A DNA stretch of 63,996 nt, filler included, from Octopus bimaculoides (Eukaryota): assembly GCF_001194135.2 (NCBI RefSeq). It is 7 parts of 6 records of this genome, joined end to end, with 100 filler letters (N's around TTAATTAATTAA, not from the genome) between each part and the next. Parts side by side here need not be neighbours in the genome. Positions count along the whole stretch, not along the records: positions 18,985 to 37,991 come from NC_068988.1; positions 38,092 to 47,178 come from NC_068981.1; positions 47,279 to 57,357 come from NC_068983.1; 4 more parts are not named here. One strand, 5' to 3'. This document shows positions 34,965 to 48,300 of the stretch, piece after piece. Position numbers and translations under genes: made by a program. Under the pieces are notes generated by a model. That model ran no database searches. It was not told the origin of the DNA and saw nothing but the letters and a program-made list of their open reading frames with translations. Every line of letters begins with the position of its first letter. Position 1 is the first letter of the stretch.

Positions 34965-36319
34965 TTNNNNNNNNNNNNNNNNNNNNNNNNNNNNNNNNNN
35001 NNNNNNNNNNNNNNNNNNNNNNNNNNNNNNNNNNNNNNNNNNNNNNNNNNNNNNNNNNNNNNNNNNNNNNNNNNNNNNNNNNNNNNNNNNNNNNNNNNNN
35101 NNNNNNNNNNNNNNNNNNNNNNNNNNNNNNNNNNNNNNNNNNNNNNNNNNNNNNNNNNNNNNNNNNNNNNNNNNNNNNNNNNNNNNNNNNNNNNNNNNNN
35201 NNNNNNNNNNNNNNNNNNNNNNNNNNNNNNNNNNNNNNNNNNNNNNNNNNNNNNNNNNNNNNNNNNNNNNNNNNNNNNNNNNNNNNNNNNNNNNNNNNNN
35301 NNNNNNNNNNNNNNNNNNNNNNNNNNNNNNNNNNNNNNNNNNNNNNNNNNNNNNNNNNNNNNNNNNNNNNNNNNNNNNNNNNNNNNNNNNNNNNNNNNNN
35401 NNNNNNNNNNNNNNNNNNNNNNNNNNNNNNNNNNNNNNNNNNNNNNNNNNNNNNNNNNNNNNNNNNNNNNNNNNNNNNNNNNNNNNNNNNNNNNNNNNNN
35501 NNNNNNNNNNNNNNNNNNNNNNNNNNNNNNNNNNNNNNNNNNNNNNNNNNNNNNNNNNNNNNNNNNNNNNNNNNNNNNNNNNNNNNNNNNNNNNNNNNNN
35601 NNNNNNNNNNNNNNNNNNNNNNNNNNNNNNNNNNNNNNNNNNNNNNNNNNNNNNNNNNNNNNNNNNNNNNNNNNNNNNNNNNNNNNNNNNNNNCCCGCCA
35701 CATTTACTGTGTTAATCAATATGTGTTTATAAACAGCGAAAATGGTGTTTAAAATATGAGGAAGTCGTTCAATTAGGAAAGTTCCGGGTATTGTTTGGTA
35801 AATGTTTGTCGAATATGTTAACGATGTCTTCTAAGGGGAAATAATCGATTGATGCTTTGCGCATGCGCGACATGCACATACTTCTTGTTAACGAGTCTTA
35901 GAAGGTTGAGTATGTGTGCGCGTGCGTCCTTCTCGCACATGTCTGAGCACACATATACACACGTATACACATACACATTTATACACATATGTACGTCTAT
36001 GACTTCCATTAGTTCTCTTTCATTCCGGGTTCAAATCACGCCGAGTTGGATAATAGTGAATTGTTCGACGTATCAATGGGACCGTACGGTAGTGCTGACG
36101 TCTGCCATCTTGTGTGTTTCTTTGTATTAAACACACTGATATCTAAGTATCCATCTCAGGATGTTGGTCTGTACCGAGGCGACTGATAGGGTATTTTCCA
36201 TGGCTGTGATGGTCACATCCTAGATAAATTTAGAAAATTACTTGCTTCTACCTTCAGCCAATTAGGGCTTCAAATCACACTCGCTACTAATCCATCGAAT
36301 GAGGACAAATTGCTGGAAC

Positions 36320-36700
36320 GTGGATGATTGGAACTTCAATCTCTAAAACTGTTGCATTGTTTAATGTTTCGATCAGTAGTCTTAAAAAACATGAAGACCT
36401 TTCAAAACCAAAGTGGAACTAGCTCTGGCAAACATGATTCTGGATGGGAAAGAAAACACACAGCAAAGGAGCGCAGAATCGTGAAACGTATTTTGTCAAA
36501 AACAATCGAACTACAACAGTAAAATGGATAACAGCACCAGCACCAATGCTAAACATGTATCAACCAAAAACCTTTCATTTTGAGCTCCAAACATCTGAAG
36601 GCAAGGCTGTGCGATTGCTAAACTTCTACTATCCCCTGGACATTGATAAACGGGGAAAAATGGTGTCTAGACTATCAGAACTTATCAATGGCTCCATGAA
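36320..36700 (+). mobile_element. Tc1-like transposase N-terminal (HTH) fragment, frameshifted
   Basis: GTSISKTVALFNVS / GTSSGKHDSGWERKHTAKERRIVKRIL / NNRTTT / IAKLLL resemble the Tc1 paired-HTH region. Confidence 0.7.
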
Positions 36701-37175
36701 ACACCTTCCATCCACCCATCCATCCATCCATCCATCCATCCACCCACCCACCCATCCACCCATCTATCTATTAAAATCAAAAGCAGCTTCAACGTAGACG
36801 TTTGACCTGCTCGTAGTAGTAGCCAAATATCCATTATACATTCTCCCTGCTGTCCTAAAAGTAGAAAGATACATTGGATAGTGTAATCTTAGATACATTA
36901 GGACAAGATGATTGAACATGGAAGTTAACAGCAACCAGAACAACAACAATAACATTAATAATAATAATAATAATGATTACAGTAACAACAACAGCAACTA
37001 CGATAATGATGAGGACGGTGTTTAAAATGATTGAATTGAATTATGCCGTGGAAAATCTATTCTCGTTTTGTGCCATGGCGAAAGGTTTTCTGCCGCTCAC
37101 TAATTAAGGGGGAACAGTTTTGACACAAATTGCAATAAATCTATAAGATGTAATTTTATGGACAAACATTCTGCA

Positions 37176-37264
37176 TCATCAGTCTATCGTCACTATGGTC
37201 GACGTCATCATCATCGTCGTTGTCGTCACCATCGTCGTCATCTTCACCCTCCTCCTCCTCCTCC

Positions 37265-37304
<40 letters not shown>

Positions 37305-37500
37305 GTCCACAATCAGGATCATGAAACCACATCACCATCACCATCACCATCACTATCAGCATTACCGTTACAGACTTAATCATATTTGTCGTCGTTGTCG
37401 TTGTTTTCCTTGTGGATACCATCATCGTCAGCATTATCATCATCATCGTCATCATCGTCGTCGTCGCCGTCATCATCATCATCATCATTAACATCATCAA
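37176..37500. repeat. Compound (CGT)/(CAT)/(CCT)/(CAC) trinucleotide region
   Basis: Direct reading. Source of the spurious poly-His and poly-Asp ORFs. Confidence 0.9.
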
Positions 37501-37697
37501 CAAAAAATGTCTCCAAAAATATAATTGAAAAAATGAAAACAATGAAAAACACAAAAGAAATAAATGATGAAAAATATAAGGAAAACCTCTGAAGTTGACA
37601 CAAATATACACCCACCCACACACACACTTGCAAGCATATACGTGCACTTATATATCTATATACATACACACACACAGATCACATATACACTCATTCC

Positions 37698-37734
<37 letters not shown>

Positions 37735-37899
37735 TAAGCGCACAAATAAACAAATAAACCGGAATTGAATAATGAGGGAAATCGCGAGTAAATTTTTTGC
37801 AAATTTCAAAATCAACAACAATAACAAGAATGACAACTACGACAAAATCACGTGTGTGTATATGTGTGTATATATACACATATACATATACACGCACAC

Positions 37900-37932
<33 letters not shown>

Positions 37933-39443
37933 CACGCGCACATACATACACACACGCACATACACACATATCTATATATATATATATATATNNNNNNNNN
38001 NNNNNNNNNNNNNNNNNNNNNNNNNNNNNNNNNNNTTAATTAATTAANNNNNNNNNNNNNNNNNNNNNNNNNNNNNNNNNNNNNNNNNNNNATATATATA
38101 TATATATATATAACCTGCTAATGTCTTTTAATATCTTGCCCTTAATCCACACATCTCGTAATACTTTTGGAAAAATGTAGCGGTACGAATACTATAAACA
38201 ACAGCAAAAAGTGATCGTCTTTTGCAATAGCTGTGAGTACAAATATGCAAATATGCTACTCGATTTGAAATTACTAAAAAAAATATTCTAAGTAAATAAA
38301 TGAGGAATATCACAAAAGATAGTACCACATTAGTATCATATATTTTCAGAGATGTAGGGGAGTGGAAGAACCTCTGGTCGATATTGAGTTGGACGCCTGC
38401 TCCATAAAACAGGCCAGATCATTTGGAAGTTTGTACCGGATTTAAAGAATGAAGAAATGGTAGAAGAAGCAATTATATTGAGTGCCTCCATCATTTCTCC
38501 GCTTGCTTGTGGATCTCAAGGAATACGAAGGTTATATTTGGAGATTTGTTACTGATGCCACTTGCAAATTTTGGCACAAGGCCAGCAATTTCGAGTCCAA
38601 AACGATGAAATTCAAAGTCGACCTCGGCGGAATTTGAAGTCAGAACGAAATCTCGTTCAGCATTTTGACACGTTGCTAATAATCCTATCAGCTCACCGAC
38701 TTAATTTGTGACTGATATTGATCATTAGGCGATCGTCACATTTGCGCAACTGTAAATGCATGTCATGTATTCTGATTTCACGACCACTGTTCTTTGTTTC
38801 GAAGGGCTCTGGAGGGGCCTTCTAGTTTTGCTTACTCTTGATGGCCACAATGGTAATCGAGAGCTGTACTCTTTTAAGGAAAGGGAATGAGTGTCATCAA
38901 GATTTACGCTCCAGTGCAAAAAGGGCAGTTGTTTGAAGCGTCAAGTTAAAAGTAACTTCTGTTCCTTCTCAGAAGAGATAAAAGAAAGTGAAAATAACCA
39001 GTAAGTATCAGTAGAGGTTGTAGCTACAATAATGTAACATTTCAGAGGTGAAGTTCATTGGTGCATCTACTTGTTTCTAGATCTCAACTGGTTGCTAACT
39101 TGCATTTTAAAGTCTCATTCTGAAAATGATAACGTTACCTTTCTTCCCGGGGTCGATAAAGCAAATTACCAGTCAAGTGATACAATTAGTTGTATCGATT
39201 GGTTTCTTCTTCAAAGTTGATCACCTTCTTTGTTAATCAAGGGCGACTAGCTCACAGAATCATTAGAATTCAATTACCTTAAGAATTCAATTCACCCAAG
39301 GTTAACGCTACTTCATCCTTTTTTTAAGTAGATAAGCAAAACACCGCAGATTAAATACTAAGATCGATAGTATCAACTAATCTTTTCACATTAAAACTGC
39401 TGGTGTTGTGTTTGAATGTGAAACCAATAATAATGATAAAAAC

Positions 39444-39537
<94 letters not shown>

Positions 39538-39540
39538 TTA

Positions 39541-39973
39541 ATCCTTTATGCTATAGGCACCACAAGGGCTGAAATTTTGGGGAAGAGGGCTGGTCGATTA
39601 CATCGAACCCCAGTGTGTAACTGGTACTTATTTCATCGTTCCCGAAAAGATGTAAGACAAAGTCGACCTCAGCGGATTTTGAACTCAGAACGGGCGAAAT
39701 ACTGTTAAGCATTTCGCCCGGCGTAGTAACGGTTCTACCAGATCACTGCCTTAATTATAATGATAATTACTTCAAATTTTTGCCACATAGGCAGCTCGCA
39801 GGATGCGTCGATTACATCGACCCCCAATGTTCAACTGGTACTTATTTGATCGACCTGGAAAGGATGAAAGGCAAAGACAACCTCAGCGGAAATTCAACTC
39901 AGAATGTAGCGACAGGCGAAATACCGCTAAGCATTTCGCCCTGCGTGCCTTACGATTTTGCCATCTGGCCGCC

Positions 39974-39977
<4 letters not shown>
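39541..39977 (-). mobile_element. Tandem pair of family-A SINEs flanked by (AAT)n
   Basis: Two reverse copies. The (AAT)n at 39424-39540 corresponds to the (TAT)n tail. Confidence 0.85.
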
Positions 39978-40044
<67 letters not shown>

Positions 40045-40124
40045 AAGAAGAAGAAGAANNNNNNNNNNAGAAGAAGAAGAAGAAGAAGAAGAAGAAGAAG
40101 AAGAAGAAGAAGAAGAAGAAGAAG

Positions 40125-40153
<29 letters not shown>
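39975..40153. repeat. (AAT)n(AAG)n microsatellite
   Basis: Direct reading. Confidence 0.95.
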
Positions 40154-40155
<2 letters not shown>

Positions 40156-42430
40156 GTGTTTCAATCTCTAGTCAATTATAGTCAGTCAATTATAATCAAT
40201 TCTATTGGATTTAGTGATTGATAAATCCATTATTTGACTGAACATTATTTCATTGAATCCAGTATTTCAATGATAATTATTCTTTATAACCTCGAAAATA
40301 TAGAAGTCGATGTTGTGACTGAAATCAGAATATAAGAAAGAACTTAATATAGTAATGCAAAGTAGTCCGTTAGCTACTCTGCCGCTTTTGCCAATCTGCC
40401 ACCCTCATGAAAGAAGAAATAATAAACGTCAGTTTGCAAAATGTCAATAAAAATGAGTGGTTGGTTAGTGCATGCCCACAAACCGCATCGACGTTGGTCT
40501 GCGGTTGATGTTATGCACTGGTGTACACCTTAGAGGGCAGCAAAGTACGTTCGTGTAACGGTTCACTGCCTCAATTGTGGAAGAGGGATTGATACATGGA
40601 GATCATGTATGTGTGTGAGTGTACGTGTAAAAATTACACCACACATTAGGGGAAGCCGAGAGAAGAAAAGGAAGGCTATTATTAAATATTTAACTAGGAA
40701 AGGAATAATGGTGCGGCGGAAAGAAGAAGATCGAGAGAAAAAGGTTTAGAGAGTGTGGTAAGAGAGATGGATAGTTAGATAGTTGTTTGCCGAGGAAATG
40801 TGAAGTTTTAAAGGTGAACAAAGAAACGAAATAGAAGAGATGATGCTGTTTGGGGTTAAATTGAAATTATTTTAAGGTAGAAATATCAAAACTGTTAAAG
40901 GGTAAGTGTGAGGTTAAAAGAAGTTGTGAGAGAATAAAGGAGAGGTGAGATATTTATGGAGAGAGAGATAGAGAGAGAGAGACTCTGTGAGTGCGCGTGT
41001 GCGCGAGTATGTGTGGCGTGTATGTATGTAAGTGTTCGGTCTTTAAAAATTTTACTCATTTTGTCACTGTGCCTCCCATATTAAATACTTCCCTTTATTT
41101 TATGTTTCCTTTTTATTTTTATTCGTACTTCTTTTTTTGGAGTACGAAATCTAAAGAAACTCAAGAGGTGTCAGACGATGAAAGAGAAATAATGTGTAAG
41201 AGAGAGAGAGAGAAAAAAAATTTGAGAGTCATGAGAGCATACTGCGAAACATTGGCAGTAAACTAAGGCTCTGAGTGAAAATAGAATAGAGTAAATGAGT
41301 AAATAAGCCACAGCGTACCAGAGTACAATATGGGAAGTGTGTGGGGGAAGAGAGAGGAAGACAAAGGAGGAAGAAGAAAGGAAAATTATTTAGTTTTGAT
41401 GATGAAAAAATGTAGAATCTAAATTAATGTATAAGCGCTTGAAAATGAGATTTGATTTCTATGGGATGGGGAAATAGAGAGAGAGGAAGTACAAATGCGC
41501 TGGAAGAAGGTTTGACGAGGATGAGAGCGGGATATTTTAGAAGATAAGGAATTGGGTGTATGAAAATGCTTTGTTATAGGTATGAGAAAGAACATCTGAT
41601 ATTCTAAGACAGAGAGCGGAGAAGTGTGTTCGAGAAAGTGCTAGAGAGTGGGAAATGAAGTAAAGATAAGGAATGATAAAAAGAAAAGAGAATGGTGTAA
41701 AAAGAAAGAGTGAAAACAAAATAAGAGATTGATGAAAACGGCTGTGAATGGGTCTGTATAATTTTGTAGGTGACATCATGGGAGAATGGCTGGAAATATG
41801 TAAAGGGTTTTGTATATTATTAGTTCATGATTTTTTTATATGGAATTGTGAATGAACGTAATAATTAATGTATGTGTGCGTACTAGTGTAATGAAATTGC
41901 AAATGAACCTATCAAATAACGTGCAAATGAAACTCTGTACGATTTTGTGGTAATTGTCTTGCAGAAATTCTTAATAAATCTGGGAATAATTGTGTAGTTT
42001 TCGTTACGATTCTGTGCCTGATTGTGCAGATGAAATTATGTGTATGTGATAAAACTGGTATGAAAAAGTTTATAAAAGAAACCGTAGATGAGACTGCATG
42101 TATACCTGTGTATGATCCTGTGAATGAATATTCGAAGGAATATGTAGATAAATCTGTGAAAGAGTTAGTGTGAGATGATACACGAAATAAATATGTGTAT
42201 GATTTATATCTCTCTTACTTCAACACATTTCTCTCACTCATTCACAACTCCACTCACTCTCACCCTACCTATCCTATTCTTTCATCTTCTCTGCATTTCT
42301 TATTTTGGCACAGGGTCATCAAGTTCGGATGAAGGTGTAGGTCGATGTAATCGAGCCCAGTGCTTAGTTAGTACTTACTTTAGAGACTCCGAAAGGGGTT
42401 AAAACAATCTTTTTCACTGCTCGCAACATA

Positions 42431-42478
<48 letters not shown>

Positions 42479-42479
<1 letters not shown>

Positions 42480-44288
42480 GACGTCGCACAGTGTACAATA
42501 TTGTGAGGTTGCTGATTGAAGATATTGTGTCTACTGTTTGTCAAGTGACAACAAGGACCTCAGACAGACAGTACTTTATGCAATATGCGTGCAATTCCAA
42601 GTAATGCCGACGTTTGCAATACATCTAAATTGTAGAGCATTTCTAAGGTTTTCAGATGGGTTTTTTTTCCGACTGGGTAGTGTTGAACCCAATGCTCCGA
42701 TGACAATAGGGATAACCTTTATGTTCGACTCTCGTAGCTGTCACATCTTAGCGATCTCAATTCTCATATCTCCATATTTATCAACTTTTCCTCTTTTATT
42801 GATGATGATGTATTGATCTCCTGGCACTGCTACGTCGATTACTAGGCACTCTCGTATACCCCTCCAACAGATTACTATATCCAGCATTCGGTGCTCTAAT
42901 ATTTTGTCTGTCTGAAAATCAAAGTCCCAGAGGATTTTTCCCTTCCCCTTTTCGTCCATTACTTTTACCGGTTTATGTTGCTGCCAAGCACTCGTAACTT
43001 CATATCCATACTTACGGCATAGTAGCCAGTGGAGGTTTTGGGCTACTTTGTCGTGTCTACGCTTGTACTCTTTCTGCTCAAAACTTCCACAAGCACTAAC
43101 AATGTGAGTCACACTTTCGACCCTCTTTCTACACATTCTGCAGAGGCCCGCTGCACTTGTGTGCTGTATATTCTTTTTCACTGAGTTGGCATTCAATGCC
43201 TGGTCCTGGGCCGCGATGATTAGACTTTCAGTATTCTTTTTAAGCCACCCTTTGGTAGCCACCTCCATGATGCTCCCTGGTCTTTTAATTTGTTGGTTTC
43301 ATGGTGGAATTTGATCATGTAATTCTAAACGGAGTAAGGTTTCGTCTCTTTCGTTGGCTGTTCTTGTTCGGAATTCATGAGCATTCGCAAGTCCACTTTT
43401 GTTAAATCCTCTGCATTAACAGTATACTGTATCAGGTCTTGTTTGCTGTTTACCAAATATTCTGTCATGTTTCTTCTTTCACAGTTGATGCACTCCCGTA
43501 CGCTAATCAGCCCACGTCCACACTTACCTCTGTTCATGTAGAGCATGTGTACATTTGCCTTAGTGTGGAGGGCATCAAGCATTGTCATTGTCTTTCGGGT
43601 AGTGCAATCGAGTTGGTCAATCGTCGTTTGTGTCTATCTCAGGATGGGTGCATTATAGCGGACTACAGTAACAGCCCTTATGTTGATAGCAGTCACAAAA
43701 TTCCTTGAGTTGAGCTTCGATTTCGAGAGAAGTTTGAGGCGCTTGAAATATGCAGTGGTGATTTTGTCTTTCATTTCTCTGTGCAAGTTATTGTCCAGGA
43801 TTCCAAGATATTTGTATCCATCATCATCCGGATTTTCCAATCTCTCTCCGTTTGGCAATTCTATGCCCCTACAATTTATTCTTTTCATCTGCTTCAAAGT
43901 AAGCACCGCACACTTCAAGATACCGAATTCCATCCCTATATCCTTGCTGCACATTTGCACTGTCTCAAACAGCTTCTCCATTTCAGGCTGTTTTTTTTTT
44001 TGCGAACAGTTTTAAATCATCCATGAAGAGGTGGTTGAGACGAGGTCCGTTCTTTCTCAACAGATAGTTGATGTTACGGAGGACAACAGAAAGTGGGATC
44101 AAGGCTATGACAAATAACAGAAGTGAACAGGAGTCTCCTTGGAAGATACCTCTTTTGATTGTTACCTTGGCTAAGTGCTGGTTGTTACAGGAAAGACGCG
44201 TTTTCCAACTAGACACACTGTTCTTAATCAGTGCACACACACGTTCTCAGTTATTCCTCACATGTCGAGTGTTTCCAAAATCCACCAA
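42479..44288 (-). mobile_element. R4/Dong-clade non-LTR retrotransposon with REL endonuclease, 5'-truncated and decayed
   Basis: RGIFQGDSCSLLLF, NHLFMDDLKLFAK, GYKYLGI, TESLIIAAQDQAL, CRMC..ESVTHIVSAC, RRHDKVA, LDIVI..IDVAVPGD..KVDKY, VIPIVIGALG. Stop at 42562-42560. Flanked by (TAA)n at both ends. Confidence 0.9.
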
Positions 44289-44419
44289 TTATTATTATTA
44301 TTGTTATTATCATTATTAATTTCATTATTGTCATTGCTGTTCTTATTGTTGTTGTTGTTGTTGTTGTTGCTGCTGCTGCTGCTGCTGTTGCTGTTTTGTT
44401 GTTGTTGCTGTTTTGTTGT

Positions 44420-44463
<44 letters not shown>

Positions 44464-44467
44464 ATGC

Positions 44468-44520
<53 letters not shown>

Positions 44521-44522
44521 TT
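44289..44522. repeat. Compound trinucleotide tract (TTA)-(TTG)-(CTG)-(TTG)-(CTG)-(ATG)
   Basis: Direct reading. Confidence 0.95.
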
Positions 44523-45815
44523 AAGCTGCCAGTGTAACAGAAATGATGCATGAGGAAAAGCCGAGGGACAAAGGATCAACTTCTCGTAGAGAGAACGGTA
44601 CTAATCTCGCTCTGGCATGGAACGATTATCAGAAAGCTTATGACATACTCCTCCTTTCCTGCAGTTTAAAAAGACTTGAGTAGGCGCAGGCGGCTGGTAA
44701 CATTTTAAATTTTATCAGAAAATCAATGAAGAATTAGAGTACACATTTTTGGCGAAGGTTAACATCAGGGTATGCATATTTCAGGGAGATAGCCTATCGC
44801 CATTGCTGCTTGTGATTTGCATGATATCCCTCGTACAGATATTTAGGAAAGTGATATCGCGTTACACTTCGAAAAATGAAGAAAATTTAAATCACTCGTT
44901 ATATAGATGACTTGTTATATATGGATGGCTCAAAGATTGTGTGCAAGTGTGAACGTGAAATAAATGGCCTGGTTTCAACAGTGCAGGTATTCAGTAAGGA
45001 TATCGGGTGAAATTTAGGATTAAAGCATGTGGTATGCTTATCATAATAAAGGCAAAGTAGTGTCACCTGATAGTGTAGATCTGACAAAAGGTGATAGAAT
45101 CAAGTATGTTGAGACTGATGGATATAAGTATCTGGGTATTTTCGAATACGAAGGAGAGTGAGATGACGGAAAGGTTTAGAAGAGAATAACTCAGTAGGAC
45201 CAAATTAATTATAGAGAGCAAACTCAGTGGAATGAACGAGATCAGAGTAATGAATACATGGGCTGTCTCCTTATGTTGTTAGTTGGACAAAGAACGAGCT
45301 TGGGTAAATGGATAGAAAAACCAGGAAAGTGATGACAATAAACAAGGAACTGCATCGAAAAAGCGATATCGATAGACTGTAATTTCTTGGATAGAAGGAG
45401 AAAACAGGATGCAAAATCAGTGTTGTTAATGAGGAAAACAGTCAGGGATGGTACGTCAAACAGCAGATTGAATCTTTGTATGTCATTGTTAGAAACGGCA
45501 ACATGAAACATACTGAGAATGTGTTACACCCAAAAACATTTATGAAATAGAGTGGAGAAGAGAGATTAAACAACTGAAAAATGAAAGTGATGCATGAGCA
45601 ATACCTTAGATAAATCGAAGGGAAAGACAAAACTAATACCTGGTGGTGGCTAAGGTAAAGTGATCTGAAAGGATGCACTGAAGAACTGATATGCAGCGTC
45701 CTGGAACAAGCTTTGGGAGCTAATTAGGCTGGGTTACAAAATATATAAGAGCAGTAAATTGTCCCTTTGTAGGATATGTAGCAGCAAAAAGGATACAATC
45801 TCGTATATCACTTGT
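44523..45815 (+). mobile_element. Second, more decayed R4/Dong-like RT fragment in opposite orientation
   Basis: RKSRGTKDQLL, LAWNDYQKAYD, IFQGDSLSPLLLV, GYKYLGIF, NTWAVS, LCRICSSKKDTISYI. Confidence 0.8.
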
Positions 45816-45866
45816 TAAGTTTATCTCCACAGATTTTCTATAGCAATTATATCTAGCACAGGTTTG

Positions 45867-45901
45867 TTACGACGTTTCGTATCCGAGTACGCTTAAGGTA
45901 A
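45867..45901 (-). ncRNA. Degenerate hammerhead relic
   Basis: Minus strand TTAC-CTTAAGC-GTA-CTCGGA-TAC-GAAA-CGTC-GTAA: stem I 4 bp, stem II 3 bp, helix III ACGT, GUC site. Core carries two substitutions. Confidence 0.45.
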
Positions 45902-46301
45902 ACAACGTTGAGATCGATGCTGAAACATGTGTAATGGCTTTATAAACCATATTTCAGTTATAGCGGATTGCTCGTAAAAATGACTAACGGAGTTGCGCAT
46001 ATATATCCAGTAAAAGGAGCAATCCGTACGTATGATGACATACAGTAACCGATTACAGTATAGAGGCTTTGCCCTGTACCCAGTGAGGCTATTACCCAAA
46101 TGATATTTTATATATATATATATGTGTGTGTATATATAAATATATATATATGTACACATACACACACACACACAGAGACACCCCCCCACACAGAGACACC
46201 CCCCCACACACACACATGTNNNNNNNNNNNNNNNNNNNNNNNNNNNNNNNNNNNNNNNNNNNNNNNNNNNNNNNNNNNNNNNNNNNNNNNNNNNNNNNNN
46301 N

Positions 46302-46348
<47 letters not shown>

Positions 46349-46492
46349 TTTTACTTGTTTCAGTCATTTGACTGCGCCCATGCTGGAGCACCGCCTTTAG
46401 TCTAACACACACACTCACATGCATATATATATAACATATATATACACACATATACGTATAGATATAGATACATACATACACACATATACACA

Positions 46493-46524
<32 letters not shown>

Positions 46525-46884
46525 CATACATATGTATACGTATAATAATAGAATAATAATTACAATTTCAGTCTACTCAAAAATGGTTCCCTTTTATTAC
46601 TTCCAATGCCATTGCGACACTTTCCTATCATAACTAAATACACTCTATACTACAAGGACATTCACTGAAATAAAAGAAAACAACAGCTTCAATAAAATGA
46701 GCAGAATCAGATGAGGGATAATAATAAATAATCAACACAAATACGCAGCAAAAGTAAAATAACACTGAAGGACAGATGGCGTGGGAAATCTCCACATCTG
46801 CCAAAATTCAGTGTTCCTAGATTGAAGTAAATAAAACATAGCACTGAGTAGAACTTTTGCTTCAGTAGCGGGTATGTATGCATG

Positions 46885-46960
<76 letters not shown>

Positions 46961-46961
<1 letters not shown>

Positions 46962-47178
46962 GACCCGCCTGTTTAAGACGACCTTCGGACCGGGACCTAT
47001 GGACAACTTCCAGAGATCCCTGGCCTGGCAGTGCTATCGAGAAGCACTACCCGTTCGGGATAAGCTCTACAGGCATGGCTCGAGAAACACGGGGCCGACC
47101 TGTCCGAGATGCCGGCAGAGCGACGAAACCGTTCTGCACGCACTCGTACAGTGTCCCACCATTTCCGAGCTGTGGGCT
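46961..47178 (+). mobile_element. L1/Tx1 ORF2 C-terminal zinc-binding (zf-RVT-like) fragment
   Basis: SLAWQCYREALPVRDKL...CPRC...ETVLHALVQCP...LW (C-x2-C..H-x4-C). Cut by a scaffold join. Confidence 0.85.
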
Positions 47179-47392
47179 NNNNNNNNNNNNNNNNNNNNNN
47201 NNNNNNNNNNNNNNNNNNNNNNTTAATTAATTAANNNNNNNNNNNNNNNNNNNNNNNNNNNNNNNNNNNNNNNNNNNNTACTAGGCATCCAAAGAATAAG
47301 TCCTGGGGTCGATTTGCTCGACTAAAGGCGGTGCTCCAGCATGGCCACAGTCAAATGACTGAAACAAGTAAAAGAGTAAAAGAAAAGAGATA

Positions 47393-47426
<34 letters not shown>

Positions 47427-48084
47427 TGTGTGTGTGCGTGTGTGTTTATACCCAGATGTAATAAAAACATTACATTTAACCGAAGGATTACTCCGTATTT
47501 TTGTAGAGTTCGTATATTTATTTTTCTTTTACAAGAAGAGTGATGATAGTGACTTCGGTGTTTCGTCCTGCTAACCTACTTCAGAGTCTCGTTTGTTTGA
47601 GTGAGAGAGAGAGAGAGACAGAGACAGACAGGCAGACAGACAGGCAGACAGACAGGCAGACAGAGACATTGTGTGTGTGTATCGTCTTCGCTTTCGACGA
47701 TGCGGACATACTCGTCCGGTAAGCTGAACTACCTTCCCTTTGAAAAAGCATGTCACTGAATACGCCAGAGAATCGTATCATTTGCATAATTCTCTTGAGG
47801 AATTCGCGGGACTCAACGTGTGCCAAGACTAGACTTCTTTTAAATTAAAAGTTAGAATCCATTCGGCGGGCTTCTACATACTTTCTCTCTACCTAGTTTC
47901 TGTTACAAGGATTGAGTGAACCAGCAGCTTTGATAAAAAAATTCTTTTTTCAAAATGCCATATAGTGAGATGGAACTCAGGACCTTGATACTATATCCAC
48001 GCACGCCTATATTGTGTGTTTGTGTGTTTGTTTGTGTGTGTATGTGTGTGTGTGTGTGATTGTTGCTGTTTTTATTTAATCTCC

Positions 48085-48300
48085 AAATGGCGGTGAGCTG
48101 GCAGAATCGTTAGCACGTCGGAAATAATTCCTTGGCGGCATTCCGTCCGTCTTTATGTTCTGAGTTCAAAGCCCGCCGTGCTTAACTTTGCCTTTCGAAA
48201 CAGATAAAATAATTGCTAGTCGAGGACTGAGGTTGATGTAATCATTTAGCCCCTTGCCTCAAAATTGCAGGCCTCGTGCATATAGTGGAAAGGATTTTTG
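48085..48300 (+). mobile_element. Family-A SINE
   Basis: ggcggtgagctggcagaatcgttagcacg...aactttgcctttc. Confidence 0.8.

Noticed and set aside
37158-37675. Poly-His, poly-Asp and poly-Met ORFs
   Set aside because: Translations of trinucleotide microsatellites, open in several frames on both strands
38390-38560. About 55-aa open stretch VGRLLHKTGQIIWKFVPDL...LEICY
   Set aside because: No start codon or convincing splice sites in frame, and no recognised homology
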